Below are positions 47,830 to 58,231 of a stretch of 64,000 bases of DNA, piece by piece. Location of the stretch: positions 1,538,788 to 1,602,787 of the forward strand of contig OY760504.1 in assembly GCA_963663705.1 (NCBI GenBank), given 5' to 3'. Every line of letters starts with the position of its first letter. Position 1 is the stretch's first letter. The stretch comes from Armatimonadota bacterium (lineage in GTDB: Bacteria; Armatimonadota; UBA5829; DTJY01). The position numbers were made by a program, and so were the translations under genes. The notes beneath the pieces were generated by a model that made no database searches, had not been told where the DNA came from, and saw only the letters and a program-made list of their open reading frames with translations.

Positions 47830-48038
47830 TCCCCTCACCCCGGCCCTCTCCCACAGGGAGAGGGAGTGGCGTCGAGCCGTTATTTTGATGCTTCGGTTGC
47901 AGAGTCGAAGACGCCGCTGCCGCAGCCTGTAGACATGTGCCGTCCCTCGATATGCCCTGTGGGCTACTCGGGATAAGCGGAGCAAAAACGCGCTCGTCCG
48001 AAATCGGTTGGGGTGAAGGCTGAATCAGTGTAATCTAA
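47830..48038. repeat. Composite repeat cluster inside the thi operon: CCCTCTCCC-N3-GGGAGAGGG element, MITE-interior core (reverse orientation), family X
   Basis: 47885-47980 is the reverse complement of MITE interior 31913-32009; no TIR or TSD. Confidence 0.85.
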
Positions 48039-48054
48039 ACCAGGGGGAAATGCA

Positions 48055-48702
48055 ATGAACGAATTCGAACAGGCGTTGAGTCGTTATTTAAGTGAGGAAC
48101 AGCTGAATAAGATACGAACGGTGAAGGTCGGGATCGCAGGAGCTGGGGGGCTCGGCTCGAACTGCGCCACGGCCCTCGTGCGCACCGGTTTTCGGCACAT
48201 CAAAATCGCCGACTTCGATGTAGTGGACTACAGCAACCTCAACCGGCAGTTCTATTTCCACAAGCAGGCAGGAAAACCTAAAGTCGAGGCGCTGAGAGAG
48301 AATCTCAACCTGATCAACCCTGCGGCAAACATAGAGATTGCCCCAATCAAACTAACAGCAGATAATCTGGCTGAGTTTTTCGCCGCCTGTGACGTGGTGG
48401 TGGAGGCTTTTGACCGAGCGGAGTACAAAAAACTTATCGTTGAAACCTTCATAGGCTCGAACAAACTGCTGGTGGCTGCTTCGGGGCTCGCCGGATGGGG
48501 AGACAGCGATCGGATAAAAGTGCATCGGATGAAGGATAATTTCTACCTTATCGGCGACCTATCCACCGGCATCGGGCCCGGCATACCGCCGTTGGCCCCA
48601 TGTGTGTTCATCGCGGCCGCCAAACAGGCCGATGTGGTTTTAAGCTATGCTCTGGGTACCCTGCAAGGAGGCGCGGAAAGATGCGACATCGACAGAATCT
48701 AG
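48055..48702 (+). CDS. thiF: ThiS adenylyltransferase (short ThiF type)
   Basis: GIAGAGGLGS, DFDVVDYSNLNRQ, VEAFD. Confidence 0.92.
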   Translation: MNEFEQALSRYLSEEQLNKIRTVKVGIAGAGGLGSNCATALVRTGFRHIKIADFDVVDYSNLNRQFYFHKQAGKPKVEALRENLNLINPAANIEIAPIKLTADNLAEFFAACDVVVEAFDRAEYKKLIVETFIGSNKLLVAASGLAGWGDSDRIKVHRMKDNFYLIGDLSTGIGPGIPPLAPCVFIAAAKQADVVLSYALGTLQGGAERCDIDRI

Positions 48703-49346
48703 TCAACTTTCTGTCCACCGATATCTACGGCATCACGGCGGACCAATACTCTCGCGGGCGCGGCAACGTCGAGACTGTGCGGCTGATGATAGAGGCCGGT
48801 ATCAAGGTCATCCAGTACCGGGAGAAGGACAAATCTGCTCGGCACATGTACGAGGAGTGCCTCGCTATCCGGGAGCTTACCAGAAATGACGGCGTTACCT
48901 TCATTGTGAACGATCGCGCGGATCTGGCCGTTGCCGTGGGCGCAGATGGCGTTCACGTCGGACAGGACGATCTGCCGCCGAAGAAAGTGCGCCAAATAGT
49001 CGGGGATGAGATGATTATCGGTCTCTCCACCCACTCGCCGGCACAGGCGCAGTCGGCCGTGAGCATCGGCGGTATCATCGACTATATCGGTGTGGGCCCG
49101 ATCTTCGCCACGAGTACCAAGAAAGACGTCTGCGAGCCGGTGGGGCTTGAGTATCTCGAGTATGTCGTCAACAATATCAGTCTGCCCTTTGTGGCTATCG
49201 GGGGCATCAAGGAACACAACATCGGGCTTGTACGCGGCGTGGGAGCCGGGATCATCTCGCTGGTGACCGAGATTGTGGGGACTACTGACATATCGGCGAA
49301 AGTGAGATCGATAAGGTCGGAGTTGAACTGCGCAGCAAACGGCTAA
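48681..49346 (+). CDS. thiE: Thiamine-phosphate synthase
   Basis: IQYREK, FIVNDRADLA, GVHVGQDD, IIGLSTHS, FVAIGGI. Confidence 0.95.
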   Translation: MRHRQNLVNFLSTDIYGITADQYSRGRGNVETVRLMIEAGIKVIQYREKDKSARHMYEECLAIRELTRNDGVTFIVNDRADLAVAVGADGVHVGQDDLPPKKVRQIVGDEMIIGLSTHSPAQAQSAVSIGGIIDYIGVGPIFATSTKKDVCEPVGLEYLEYVVNNISLPFVAIGGIKEHNIGLVRGVGAGIISLVTEIVGTTDISAKVRSIRSELNCAANG

Positions 49347-49352
49347 CGAGCT

Positions 49353-49395
49353 GTTGTCGAGTTTCCTGGCACGCAGTATCAGGAAACTCGACAAC
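49353..49395. terminator. 16-bp stem between convergent thiE and CBM9-like genes
   Basis: gttgtcgagtttcctg / caggaaactcgacaac. Confidence 0.65.
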
Positions 49396-49412
49396 GCCGA
49401 ACTAGATTTCGG

Positions 49413-50174
49413 CTATCGCTCGAACCGCACAGTCTGCCATTCTGCGGGCAGGTGGAAATTGGTTTTCGAAAGAGGTGAGCTTGCGCTGAACTCTATCCCA
49501 TCTGGCAGGTAGACGGAACAATCAATCCTTGCAAGTTGTAACATCCACTTGTCGCCAACATTTGGAGCCTTGCCATTAAGCGTCGGCAGGGATGCAAACG
49601 GGATGGCCACTTCCATGATCCAATACTCATCAACATCATAAGGATTGTTCAGCGTACCCTTTATGGAGATGCCAACATTGATCCCCTCGCAGTTCCAATG
49701 CTTCCATCTGCCATCCATGTAGCATTCCGTATCCCTCTTGATCATATGTGCATCATATATGGTACCGAGCGCGTTGATCTCAAAGTTGTAATACGGCTCG
49801 CTGGAAGGGTCCGTCTTGAAGAATACTTCCAGCACATCCTCAAGGCAGGTTGGGCCATCTCTCATTGTCTGATAGCCCCAAATATCCTTGTCGTAGGCTT
49901 TGAAGGCCACATAGAGATACTTGTCATCCCAGAGGATCTTTCCTTCTGTATTGCTGAGCGGCTTTGCGCCGGTTTGTGGTATGTAGAAGTTTACGCCCGT
50001 CACCCGCTGCCAATCCGCTTCATCCAGCTTTCCGTCGATTGAGATCGGTCCGGTCGCACGGTGGCAGTCATACGGGGGCAGCGTTGCCCCCGCAGATGCG
50101 CTTGGCGAAAATGCCAGGATTTGAGCGGCAAAGCACAAACCCAGCACATTGAATACTATTCGATTGCGATTCAT
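49413..50174 (-). CDS. Secreted carbohydrate-binding family 9-like (DOMON-like) protein
   Basis: Signal peptide; IDGKLDEADW, LWDDKYLYVAF, YYNFEINALG, EVAIPFASL. Confidence 0.8.
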   Translation of the reverse strand: MNRNRIVFNVLGLCFAAQILAFSPSASAGATLPPYDCHRATGPISIDGKLDEADWQRVTGVNFYIPQTGAKPLSNTEGKILWDDKYLYVAFKAYDKDIWGYQTMRDGPTCLEDVLEVFFKTDPSSEPYYNFEINALGTIYDAHMIKRDTECYMDGRWKHWNCEGINVGISIKGTLNNPYDVDEYWIMEVAIPFASLPTLNGKAPNVGDKWMLQLARIDCSVYLPDGIEFSASSPLSKTNFHLPAEWQTVRFER

Positions 50175-50193
50175 TCTTACCCCTCAACGAACG

Positions 50194-52227
50194 CTATTTC
50201 TTCGTGACAGCGTCCATATCCAACGATGCATCTTCTGCCGGTTCCAACACTTCCGCATGCGCGTCGGGATTGACCACGCGTCCATCATCCGAGTGGTCAC
50301 GCACAGCGGTCGACAGATGATCGAGCAATCCACGAATGTCTAGAACGCCGCCGATGGTGAACCAAACCACGAACGGGACGCTCATGATGAGATTCATCAT
50401 AAGAGTAACCTTCCAGTACAGTGACCACGAAGCATCCGATACGTGAAACACCAGGTTTGCCACGGAAAACACTGCAAACCAGAGGAAGTTTAGAGAATTC
50501 CAGGTAACCAGCATCACAGCAAGGAATCTATCCCCACGGCTGAACTCTTTTGTGATACCAAGCAGTTTATGCCAGGCACTGGCTTTATACTCTTCATCGG
50601 GAATCACTACCACTCCATCCGAATATTCGCCCCTATGTAGCATCCGCTCCAGATTGAAAGGTGCTTTCCCTTTGCTGGTTGCCAGGGAGACAAAGAAGTA
50701 AAGTGCCATCGAGATGAGCATGGAGAAGAAGAAGATATTCTGGGCATTCATCGGAAAATCATGGTGATACAACTTTTGCCATATTACCGGAAGCGCCGTA
50801 TTCGCCAGACCGAGGAAACATCCGGCATTGAGTGCGGCATACGCTCCTGCCGTGGTGCCACGCCGCCAGTACAGCCCTCCTACGATGGCCGCGCCCGAGC
50901 CTGCCAGCCATATGGTTCCAGTAGCCGCGAAGAACATCAGTATCTTCTGACTTGGCGGGTAGACCCAGCTAAAAACAAATGCAAATGCTGCCACTCCAAG
51001 GATAGACCATCTAAGCAACTTGATGTGCTGCTCAGGCGAGACCGCCTTGTTCTTGAACGGCATGTACACATCCTGAATAAAGATGCTGCCCCAGGAATGC
51101 ATATAGCTATCGTGGCAGGTGAAGGATATAAAGAGCATAATCGTAGCGAATAGCCCTTTTATACCTATCGGCAGGAAATTCACCAGGGCTATCGGCACCA
51201 TCATCTCTTCACGCACAGTGGCGTTCGGAATATGGCTGAGGGATGCCTGGATCATGGCTGCGTTCCTTGAGAACTCGGGGAGGCGCAGTACTGCGAGCGC
51301 TGCCAGCCCGAGCAAAGTGATCATCAGAGTCTGTGGAATAGCTCGCCATCCGCCTATGATTCCACCCATCTTCTGCTCATGCGGGGTACGAGCGCTGGAA
51401 TTGAATCCCTGCGTGCCCTGCCATGACATATATGTGTAGAAAGTGCCAAATACGCCTATGACATAAAACCAGAAGTTGAAATCCTTAACATTGCCGGTAT
51501 GGAACGGATTAATAGTAGACGCCCCGACCTTGGAGCCCATCTCCATGCCGTGCATCAATTGCGGCCAGGTGAAATGCGTGATCACAACCAGCGATATCAC
51601 CAAAAACGCTACGGTACAGAACATCCCCTGCACGCACTCGGTGATCATGACGGATATCTGACCGCCCATCAGCACGAAGGAAAGAGCAAGGGTCATATCG
51701 ATCGCCATAACGAAGACGTATGTATTTAAGTCCCACGGTATACCGGGCATGTGGAAATGGGCCGGAAGTCCGCAGTAGTAGACAAAGAATCGAGCAGCGA
51801 CACCGGGGAAGATGCCAAAGTTCAGGATTCCGGAAAGCCAGCACATAAGGCCTGCATTTATACGAAATTTCCTGGTATAGCGCATTTCGAAGAATTGAGC
51901 GAGTGTGAGTGCGCGTGTCTCTCTAAACCGGTAGTATACCCATCCCGAAAGCAGGATGATTGTGCTGGCCGGAATTGTAAGCCATTGCCACCAGTTCGGA
52001 GAAAGTCCGGCGGAGTTCATCACCTCGAAGAGTGCTACAACGCTCACCACGCCTATGCCGCCCATTTGCGACGCTATGGTGAGAAGATATCGTCCCGCGG
52101 ACCGATTTGCTGAAAGGAAATCGGCCACACCTTTCATATACTTGCGTGTGCTCAGGCTCACGAGCCGGATAGCCACCACCGCAACCACCATTATAGACCA
52201 ATCCAGTAGTGTCAAGTTCGTATGCAT
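50194..52227 (-). CDS. Sodium:solute symporter (SSS)
   Basis: About 14 TMs, DFLSANRS, YRFRETRALTLAQFFEMRY, GGLYWRR. Confidence 0.9.
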   Translation of the reverse strand: MHTNLTLLDWSIMVVAVVAIRLVSLSTRKYMKGVADFLSANRSAGRYLLTIASQMGGIGVVSVVALFEVMNSAGLSPNWWQWLTIPASTIILLSGWVYYRFRETRALTLAQFFEMRYTRKFRINAGLMCWLSGILNFGIFPGVAARFFVYYCGLPAHFHMPGIPWDLNTYVFVMAIDMTLALSFVLMGGQISVMITECVQGMFCTVAFLVISLVVITHFTWPQLMHGMEMGSKVGASTINPFHTGNVKDFNFWFYVIGVFGTFYTYMSWQGTQGFNSSARTPHEQKMGGIIGGWRAIPQTLMITLLGLAALAVLRLPEFSRNAAMIQASLSHIPNATVREEMMVPIALVNFLPIGIKGLFATIMLFISFTCHDSYMHSWGSIFIQDVYMPFKNKAVSPEQHIKLLRWSILGVAAFAFVFSWVYPPSQKILMFFAATGTIWLAGSGAAIVGGLYWRRGTTAGAYAALNAGCFLGLANTALPVIWQKLYHHDFPMNAQNIFFFSMLISMALYFFVSLATSKGKAPFNLERMLHRGEYSDGVVVIPDEEYKASAWHKLLGITKEFSRGDRFLAVMLVTWNSLNFLWFAVFSVANLVFHVSDASWSLYWKVTLMMNLIMSVPFVVWFTIGGVLDIRGLLDHLSTAVRDHSDDGRVVNPDAHAEVLEPAEDASLDMDAVTKK

Positions 52228-52321
52228 TAATACTCCTTGCCCTCTGTCAAATTGAGGGCATGACAAATAATATTCCATCGTCATGGAGAACAATATCGAG
52301 AGAGTTCACGGTCAAGTAAGG

Positions 52322-53302
52322 CTACTCAACCGTAAACGTGCTGCCGTCGAAGCTGACGGCCGGGCCAGGGATAGAATTCAGTCTTTCCATACTAATACCG
52401 AGCAGTTCAAGCGGATTCTCCCTGCCAACTTTCCACAGCTCACATTCCGCGATTATATCCAGCGATGCCAGATAATTCATACACTCGAACATCGTGGAGT
52501 GAGATGCCGCGAGCCCGCCGGACTCAGGGCAGGCGATCCTCCCGTTTGGCTCTATCTCTACAGTCTTGCCAAATGCAGTATAGATCCCCGGAGGCATTCC
52601 TGCAAGCGGCGACGCATCGCTTACTACGATGAATTTGTGCGCGGTTTTTGCTCTGAGGGCAACTTTGATGAATGCTGCAGGCAGATGGTGTCCATCCGTT
52701 ATGAATGTGCCGAATACGTCATCGCATGAAAGCATCCACCATAGAGGATTATTGTGCCGGTGGATCTCGTTTGGAAGACCGTTGCCAACATGAGTGCACG
52801 ATCTTGCGCCCGCTTCTACTGATCGAGAAAGTGCGCCGTCATCTGCCATGTTATGTCCAAGGGAGATGGTCACGCCGTTCGCTGACGCATGACGTATAAG
52901 CTCGAATGCTCCAGGTTCTTCCGGCGCGAGTGTCAGAACTTTTATGTTCCCCTCGGCCCACTCCTGCATCCGATCAAACTGTTCAACCGACGGCTTCCTT
53001 ATGCAGTCCCGCCTGTGCACGCCGCATGCCCCTGGTTTTGGCGATATGAACGGACCTTCAAGATGTATTCCGAGGATATGCGGGGCAAGTTCGCGATCGG
53101 ACATGGCACTTGCCAGCACTTGCAGGTTATGCCTGTAGGTTTCATCGGAACTCGTGCATATCGTAGGACAATACGCGATTGTTCCGTTTGCCGCAAGCGA
53201 CCGGGTGACGGATCGCACATCGTCGATCGACAACGCGCTATCCGAAAAATCAATGCACTTGTATCCGTTTACCTGTATATCCACGAAGCCGTTATACATC
53301 AT
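52322..53302 (-). CDS. nagA: N-acetylhexosamine(-phosphate) deacetylase, NagA family
   Basis: FVDIQVNG, GIHLEGPF, THVGNG, DGHHL, VVSDA. Confidence 0.85.
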   Translation of the reverse strand: MMYNGFVDIQVNGYKCIDFSDSALSIDDVRSVTRSLAANGTIAYCPTICTSSDETYRHNLQVLASAMSDRELAPHILGIHLEGPFISPKPGACGVHRRDCIRKPSVEQFDRMQEWAEGNIKVLTLAPEEPGAFELIRHASANGVTISLGHNMADDGALSRSVEAGARSCTHVGNGLPNEIHRHNNPLWWMLSCDDVFGTFITDGHHLPAAFIKVALRAKTAHKFIVVSDASPLAGMPPGIYTAFGKTVEIEPNGRIACPESGGLAASHSTMFECMNYLASLDIIAECELWKVGRENPLELLGISMERLNSIPGPAVSFDGSTFTVE

Positions 53303-53390
53303 ATTCTGATCTTTCCCTTATTCTGTTGATATATTATGAGAGATGGCCCGCACTTTCGAGGGTACTGCGAGAAAGTGCGGGCTGCAAGTA

Positions 53391-54578
53391 CTAGATCCAG
53401 CCGCGATCGCGCATGGATTCTACCACTTCATTGACTGCTATAACCTGTGCGGCCATCCGGTGGGATAGCCCGTCATTGCGAACCAGCGCAGATACCTTGG
53501 TATATGCCTTCGATATCTGATTCAGGATAGCATCGTATGTCTCACGCTTTTCCGTAAGACTTCCGGATTTCGCCTGGCGCCACTCTATGTAAGAGGCTAT
53601 CACTCCACCCGAGTTTGCCATGATATCCGGCATGATCGGAATGCTGCGTCCACAGAGAATGCGGTTACCATCCGGCGTTGTAGGATCGTTTGCAGCTTCT
53701 ACTACAAGGCTCGTCTGCATTGCGGCTGCGATATCACCTGTAATTACGCCTTCGACTGCGGCCGGTACTACCACATCAACCGGCAAAAGCAGCAGTTCAT
53801 CTGGAGATATGCTGGACAGGTTCAGATCGCTTATAAGCGATGCGTCCATCATCTCTTCAATCGGCAACCCTTTTACATCGTAGACGGCGCCGCTTATGTC
53901 GGATATTGCGACGACCCTTGCGCCCCACTCGGCAAGGAACTTCGCGGTCCATCGGCCTACGTTTCCAAAGCCCTGTACGGCTACGGTGAGATTCTTGACG
54001 TCTTTGCCAAGCAGCTCTTCCGCCGCCATCTTGACTGTGCATGCGACTCCATATCCTGTCGCTTCTTTTCTACCGGGGAGGCCTCCAATTCGCGGCGGCT
54101 TGCCGGTAACCGATTCCAGCGAGTGAGTGCATCCGTAGATAGTTGCCATGTCTGCGGGGGTTGTACCCATATCAGGCGCTGGGACGTATGCTCCGGTTTC
54201 TATATATGGTCCGAACATATGAACATATTCAGACAGTAGAGCTCTTCTCGACTCGGGGCAGAGATCGGCGGGATTTATGCAAATACCGCTTTTTCCTCCA
54301 CCGAAAGGTATTCCTACAAGGGCACACTTGTATGTCATGAGTTCCGCAAGTCGTCGGGTCTCATCGAATGTTACCTTGTCTGACATGCGGATGCCACCCT
54401 TTGCAGGTCCTCTCGCCGAGCTGTGCAGGACTACATATGTGTCCGCACAGATAAGTTTCCCACCCCAGTTGACGTTCAGGTTTGCGTATGCTTCCTGCTG
54501 AGGCTTGCGCAGAATTCGTTCTGCATTTGATCCAATTTCCAAGTGTTTGGATACTTCGTTGAAATCTACTACGCTCAT
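53391..54578 (-). CDS. Glu/Leu/Phe/Val dehydrogenase
   Basis: GPAKGGIR, MTYKCA, GGGKSG, VPAPDMGT, QGFGNVG. Confidence 0.92.
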   Translation of the reverse strand: MSVVDFNEVSKHLEIGSNAERILRKPQQEAYANLNVNWGGKLICADTYVVLHSSARGPAKGGIRMSDKVTFDETRRLAELMTYKCALVGIPFGGGKSGICINPADLCPESRRALLSEYVHMFGPYIETGAYVPAPDMGTTPADMATIYGCTHSLESVTGKPPRIGGLPGRKEATGYGVACTVKMAAEELLGKDVKNLTVAVQGFGNVGRWTAKFLAEWGARVVAISDISGAVYDVKGLPIEEMMDASLISDLNLSSISPDELLLLPVDVVVPAAVEGVITGDIAAAMQTSLVVEAANDPTTPDGNRILCGRSIPIMPDIMANSGGVIASYIEWRQAKSGSLTEKRETYDAILNQISKAYTKVSALVRNDGLSHRMAAQVIAVNEVVESMRDRGWI

Positions 54579-54649
54579 GGTTTACATCTCCTTTGATGTT
54601 GGGCTATCCCCATTGATAGCCTGATTTGATTATAGTATATTTTTCGGCT

Positions 54650-56062
54650 TTATGAAAGCCAGTCGGTATGGAATGTGCCCGGCGTGTCCAGGCGTTTGTA
54701 CGTGTGGGCGCCGAAGTAGTCCCTTTGAGCCTGAATAAGGTTCGCGGGGAGGACTGCGCTCCTATACGAATCGTAGTATGCGAGGGCACTTGAGAATGCC
54801 GGCGCTGGAATTCCAAGAGTTACCGCCGCTGATACTACCTTTCGCCACTCGGTATCCGCACCCTGCACCGCCGAAACGAAGTACGGAGCAAGGAGCAAGT
54901 TCGAAAGCTTGGGATTTTCATCATAAGCCTCTTTTATTCTGTCAAGGAACTGCGCACGTATGATGCATCCGGCCCTCCATAACTGAGCGATCTCACCGTA
55001 ATTGAGATCCCAGCCGTATTGATCCGATGCCTCACTCATGAGCGCGAAGCCCTGCGCGTAAGAACAAATCTTGGAGGCGTACAGTGCCTTCCTGATCGCT
55101 TCGATGAACACACCTTTGTCGCCATCATACCTGCTATCAGGACCGGTGAGAATTCCCGATGCCGCTACCCGCTCCGTCTTGATGGCGGATATGCACCGTG
55201 CGAAGACTGCTTCTGCGATTGTTGGCGCCGCTACTCCGAGCTCAAGGGCGATCTGGCTCGTCCAGCTTCCCGTGCCCTTCTGTCCGGCACTGTCCATTAT
55301 CACATCTACTATCGGCGCCCCGGTTTTTTCATCGTTCTTCGCAAAGATATTTGCGGTGATCTCGATAAGATAGCTGTTCAGTTCACCCTTGTTCCACTCT
55401 TCGAAGACTTCGTGGAGTTCTTCGGCTGAGAGGCCAAGCGCATTCTTCAGAATTGTATACGCCTCGCAGATGAGCTGCATGTCGCCGTACTCTATGCCGT
55501 TGTGCACCATCTTCACGAAGTGGCCTGCACCACCTGAACCTATCCACTGGCAGCATGGAGTCCCATCCTCCACCTTTGCCGCGATATTCTGTAGGATCGA
55601 TTTCACGTGCGGCCATGCATCCGGCGAACCGCCCGGCATTATGGCTGGACCTTTCAGCGCGCCTTCTTCTCCGCCCGAGACTCCCGTCCCGATGAATCGC
55701 AGACCCTTCTCCTCAAGCGCTTTAGTACGCCTGATCGTGTCTTTGAAGTAGGAGTTACCGCCGTCTATCAGAATATCTTCCGCTTCAAGGTACGGTGAGA
55801 GTTTCTCGATGACGTCATCCACCGGTTTTCCGGCATTGACCATCATCATGATCCGTCGCGGCTTTGCGAGCGCATCCACGAATTCCTGGATGGTATAGGC
55901 ACCGATGACATTCTTACCCTTCGCCTTGCCTGCAAGAAACTCGTCGACCTTCTCTTTTGAGATGTCGTAGCCCGCGACGTTCGAGCCTTTGCTTTCCATG
56001 TTGAGGGCAAGGTTCTGACCCATCACTCCAAGGCCTACCATGCCAATATCTGCTTTTGTCAT
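54650..56062 (-). CDS. gnd: 6-phosphogluconate dehydrogenase, decarboxylating
   Basis: [47 protein letters not shown]. Confidence 0.97.
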   Translation of the reverse strand: MTKADIGMVGLGVMGQNLALNMESKGSNVAGYDISKEKVDEFLAGKAKGKNVIGAYTIQEFVDALAKPRRIMMMVNAGKPVDDVIEKLSPYLEAEDILIDGGNSYFKDTIRRTKALEEKGLRFIGTGVSGGEEGALKGPAIMPGGSPDAWPHVKSILQNIAAKVEDGTPCCQWIGSGGAGHFVKMVHNGIEYGDMQLICEAYTILKNALGLSAEELHEVFEEWNKGELNSYLIEITANIFAKNDEKTGAPIVDVIMDSAGQKGTGSWTSQIALELGVAAPTIAEAVFARCISAIKTERVAASGILTGPDSRYDGDKGVFIEAIRKALYASKICSYAQGFALMSEASDQYGWDLNYGEIAQLWRAGCIIRAQFLDRIKEAYDENPKLSNLLLAPYFVSAVQGADTEWRKVVSAAVTLGIPAPAFSSALAYYDSYRSAVLPANLIQAQRDYFGAHTYKRLDTPGTFHTDWLS

Positions 56063-56081
56063 TTGATCGCTCCGTATATTT

Positions 56082-57332
56082 TTATGGGTTCAGCCGGTAG
56101 AGCATCTCTCCGGCTTTCGGTACGTAGAGAATGCCTTCGGATTCTCTGTTCGCATAGTCGTTTGCATCGATATCATCCGGGTTCATGTATCCAAGGTTCA
56201 CGAGGCTGCACCTCTCCTTCGAGATGCCGGTCGCGAGTATGACTTCGATCCTCGGCAATTCCACGCCGTCCACGAAGGCGCCGATGCCCCGGACATGCGT
56301 TGAATGAGCGACTACCCCCCACGGATACCCTTTGAACCGATCCCACTGCGCCACGAAATAATCCCTTGTATGGTAGCCGATTTCATCCAGAATCCGTCCG
56401 TGAGTATATGATATCTCAGTTATGTGTGGCGCGTAAATAATCAACTTACCGCCGTCTGCCACTACGGATTCCAGCTTGTACATGCACTTCGCGCCGGTCC
56501 ACAGATCGTCGTACATCTTTGGCGCGCACGATAGCACTGTGTGAAACGGCTTGTCCACATACTTGATGTGCAGCTTGTCCGAAAGGTCTGCCGCATCGCT
56601 CCAGGCGTCTTCAGGCGACCCGTAGTAGAGCCCTGCAAGCCCAGATCCTTTTACCACCATGGCAAAACAACTTCGCTCCACAGGGATGTAACTTGCCGCG
56701 TCGTCCACCAGACGACGCACAGGCGTGTATTTGTGCCCTATTATTCCGGGGCTTGTGATTATGGCCCCAAGCCAGTGGAAGAAATCAATGATCTCCTGAC
56801 CCGCTATACCTGGAAAAATGTATTTGTTTCCCCCAGAGAAGCCGACCACTTCGTGCGGGAAGACCGGCCCCACGATCATCACGTGATCGTACTCGGTTAC
56901 CAGCCTGTTCACCGTGAGATTTACCGGCATCGAGAAGCGCCCGCCGGAGATTTCCTCAATTCTCGCCTCAGGGATAGTGCCTATCTGGATGAGCGCTTCA
57001 GGGTCTTTCCAGTGGTGATTCATGAATCTGGTTTTGGAATACTTACTGCTCGCCTCTTCGGCGGTGATCTCCACTCGGCTGTATATCTGATCCATCGTCA
57101 TCGGAGGATGTGTACCAAGCGCCACCAGCACGTCGAGGGCCTTGCACCGATCGGCAAGAAGCCCATAGAGCGTTTTGAACATGAGCCCCACCGGGGCCGT
57201 GCGGGTACTGTCCGGGATTATGAGAAGCACCCGTTTGCCGTCCAGGTATGGGCCGCCCACCGCTCGCGCTGCTATCGTTCGAACTTCATCTTCCGTTATT
57301 AACCTGTCTTCGTATCCTATGCCGTCTGCCAT
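56082..57332 (-). CDS. LarA-family (lactate racemase domain) alpha-hydroxy-acid epimerase
   Basis: [25 protein letters not shown]. Confidence 0.85.
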   Translation of the reverse strand: MADGIGYEDRLITEDEVRTIAARAVGGPYLDGKRVLLIIPDSTRTAPVGLMFKTLYGLLADRCKALDVLVALGTHPPMTMDQIYSRVEITAEEASSKYSKTRFMNHHWKDPEALIQIGTIPEARIEEISGGRFSMPVNLTVNRLVTEYDHVMIVGPVFPHEVVGFSGGNKYIFPGIAGQEIIDFFHWLGAIITSPGIIGHKYTPVRRLVDDAASYIPVERSCFAMVVKGSGLAGLYYGSPEDAWSDAADLSDKLHIKYVDKPFHTVLSCAPKMYDDLWTGAKCMYKLESVVADGGKLIIYAPHITEISYTHGRILDEIGYHTRDYFVAQWDRFKGYPWGVVAHSTHVRGIGAFVDGVELPRIEVILATGISKERCSLVNLGYMNPDDIDANDYANRESEGILYVPKAGEMLYRLNP

Positions 57333-57343
57333 ATCTTTCCTGC

Positions 57344-58231
57344 TTACTTCTCCCAGGCCGGATGCTCTGGAAGGTATTTTTCAAATTCCGCTATAAGACT
57401 CGCTTCGTATTCGCCTGCGTAAGTGCCGCCGATGAACCTATCGAAAGCTTCCCTGTGCAATCTCTCCCACGAGGCATCTTCGTCGCCGGGGTTTATCGGG
57501 TAGAAGAGCACGCCGTTTGCCGCTGCGGCCTTCTGATCGCCGATGGCGTCACCGATCATGAGGACGTGATCCCGCTCGTACCGGCCTTCGATGGCGTACG
57601 CGAGATGCTCTTTCTTTGTCCCCATCTCCTGCCCGGCGATGACTTTTACATATCCACTGATGCCGTGCTCCTGCCACTCTCGGACGAGGGCTTCGCCCGG
57701 GGTCTGCGAGACTACGATGGTATCGGCGAACGGCAACATCTGCTGTATGCTCTTCTTCGCCCACGGGAACGGCGGAACGTTCTTCACGATATCCTTAACC
57801 GTCTCATTCACCGCTATCGACCACTCGAGCACGGTCTGCATGAACGGATCAGGATTTGCCGCCACGTACCGCTCGAGTGCCGGGTTTCCGAGCTTTGACT
57901 CCTGTGCTATCCACTTCTCCAGAGGAGCGTAGTCCGGTATCGCTGCCCCGCGGGCCTTGACTTCTTCCCTGTCACGCAGGAGTTCGAAGACCTTTATCAT
58001 GGCCGGGAAGCGGTTTACTCCACGCCACTTGGAGTAGAGGTTTACGAACTCTCCTGCCTCTCGTGCATATTTTGCTATCGGCTGAAAACCGAAGTATTTG
58101 CAGCTGTTCGGGATGAAGCACTCTTTCTGCTTGATCTCCATGCTGTCGAATACGCAGCCGTCCGAATCTATTCCAACAAGAAAGTCATGCTCTTTCTTCA
58201 AATCTATAAGTTGTTGAGCCGCATTGCTCAT
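57344..58231 (-). CDS. HAD-family hydrolase
   Basis: GIDSDGCVFD, VVSQT, MIGDAIGD. Confidence 0.85.
   Translation of the reverse strand: MSNAAQQLIDLKKEHDFLVGIDSDGCVFDSMEIKQKECFIPNSCKYFGFQPIAKYAREAGEFVNLYSKWRGVNRFPAMIKVFELLRDREEVKARGAAIPDYAPLEKWIAQESKLGNPALERYVAANPDPFMQTVLEWSIAVNETVKDIVKNVPPFPWAKKSIQQMLPFADTIVVSQTPGEALVREWQEHGISGYVKVIAGQEMGTKKEHLAYAIEGRYERDHVLMIGDAIGDQKAAAANGVLFYPINPGDEDASWERLHREAFDRFIGGTYAGEYEASLIAEFEKYLPEHPAWEK

Noticed and set aside
45538-49346. thi operon as a novelty
   Set aside because: Standard TPP-riboswitch thiSGHFE arrangement; only the inserted repeat is notable
56541-57302. 253-aa plus-strand ORF
   Set aside because: Antisense shadow of the LarA-like gene
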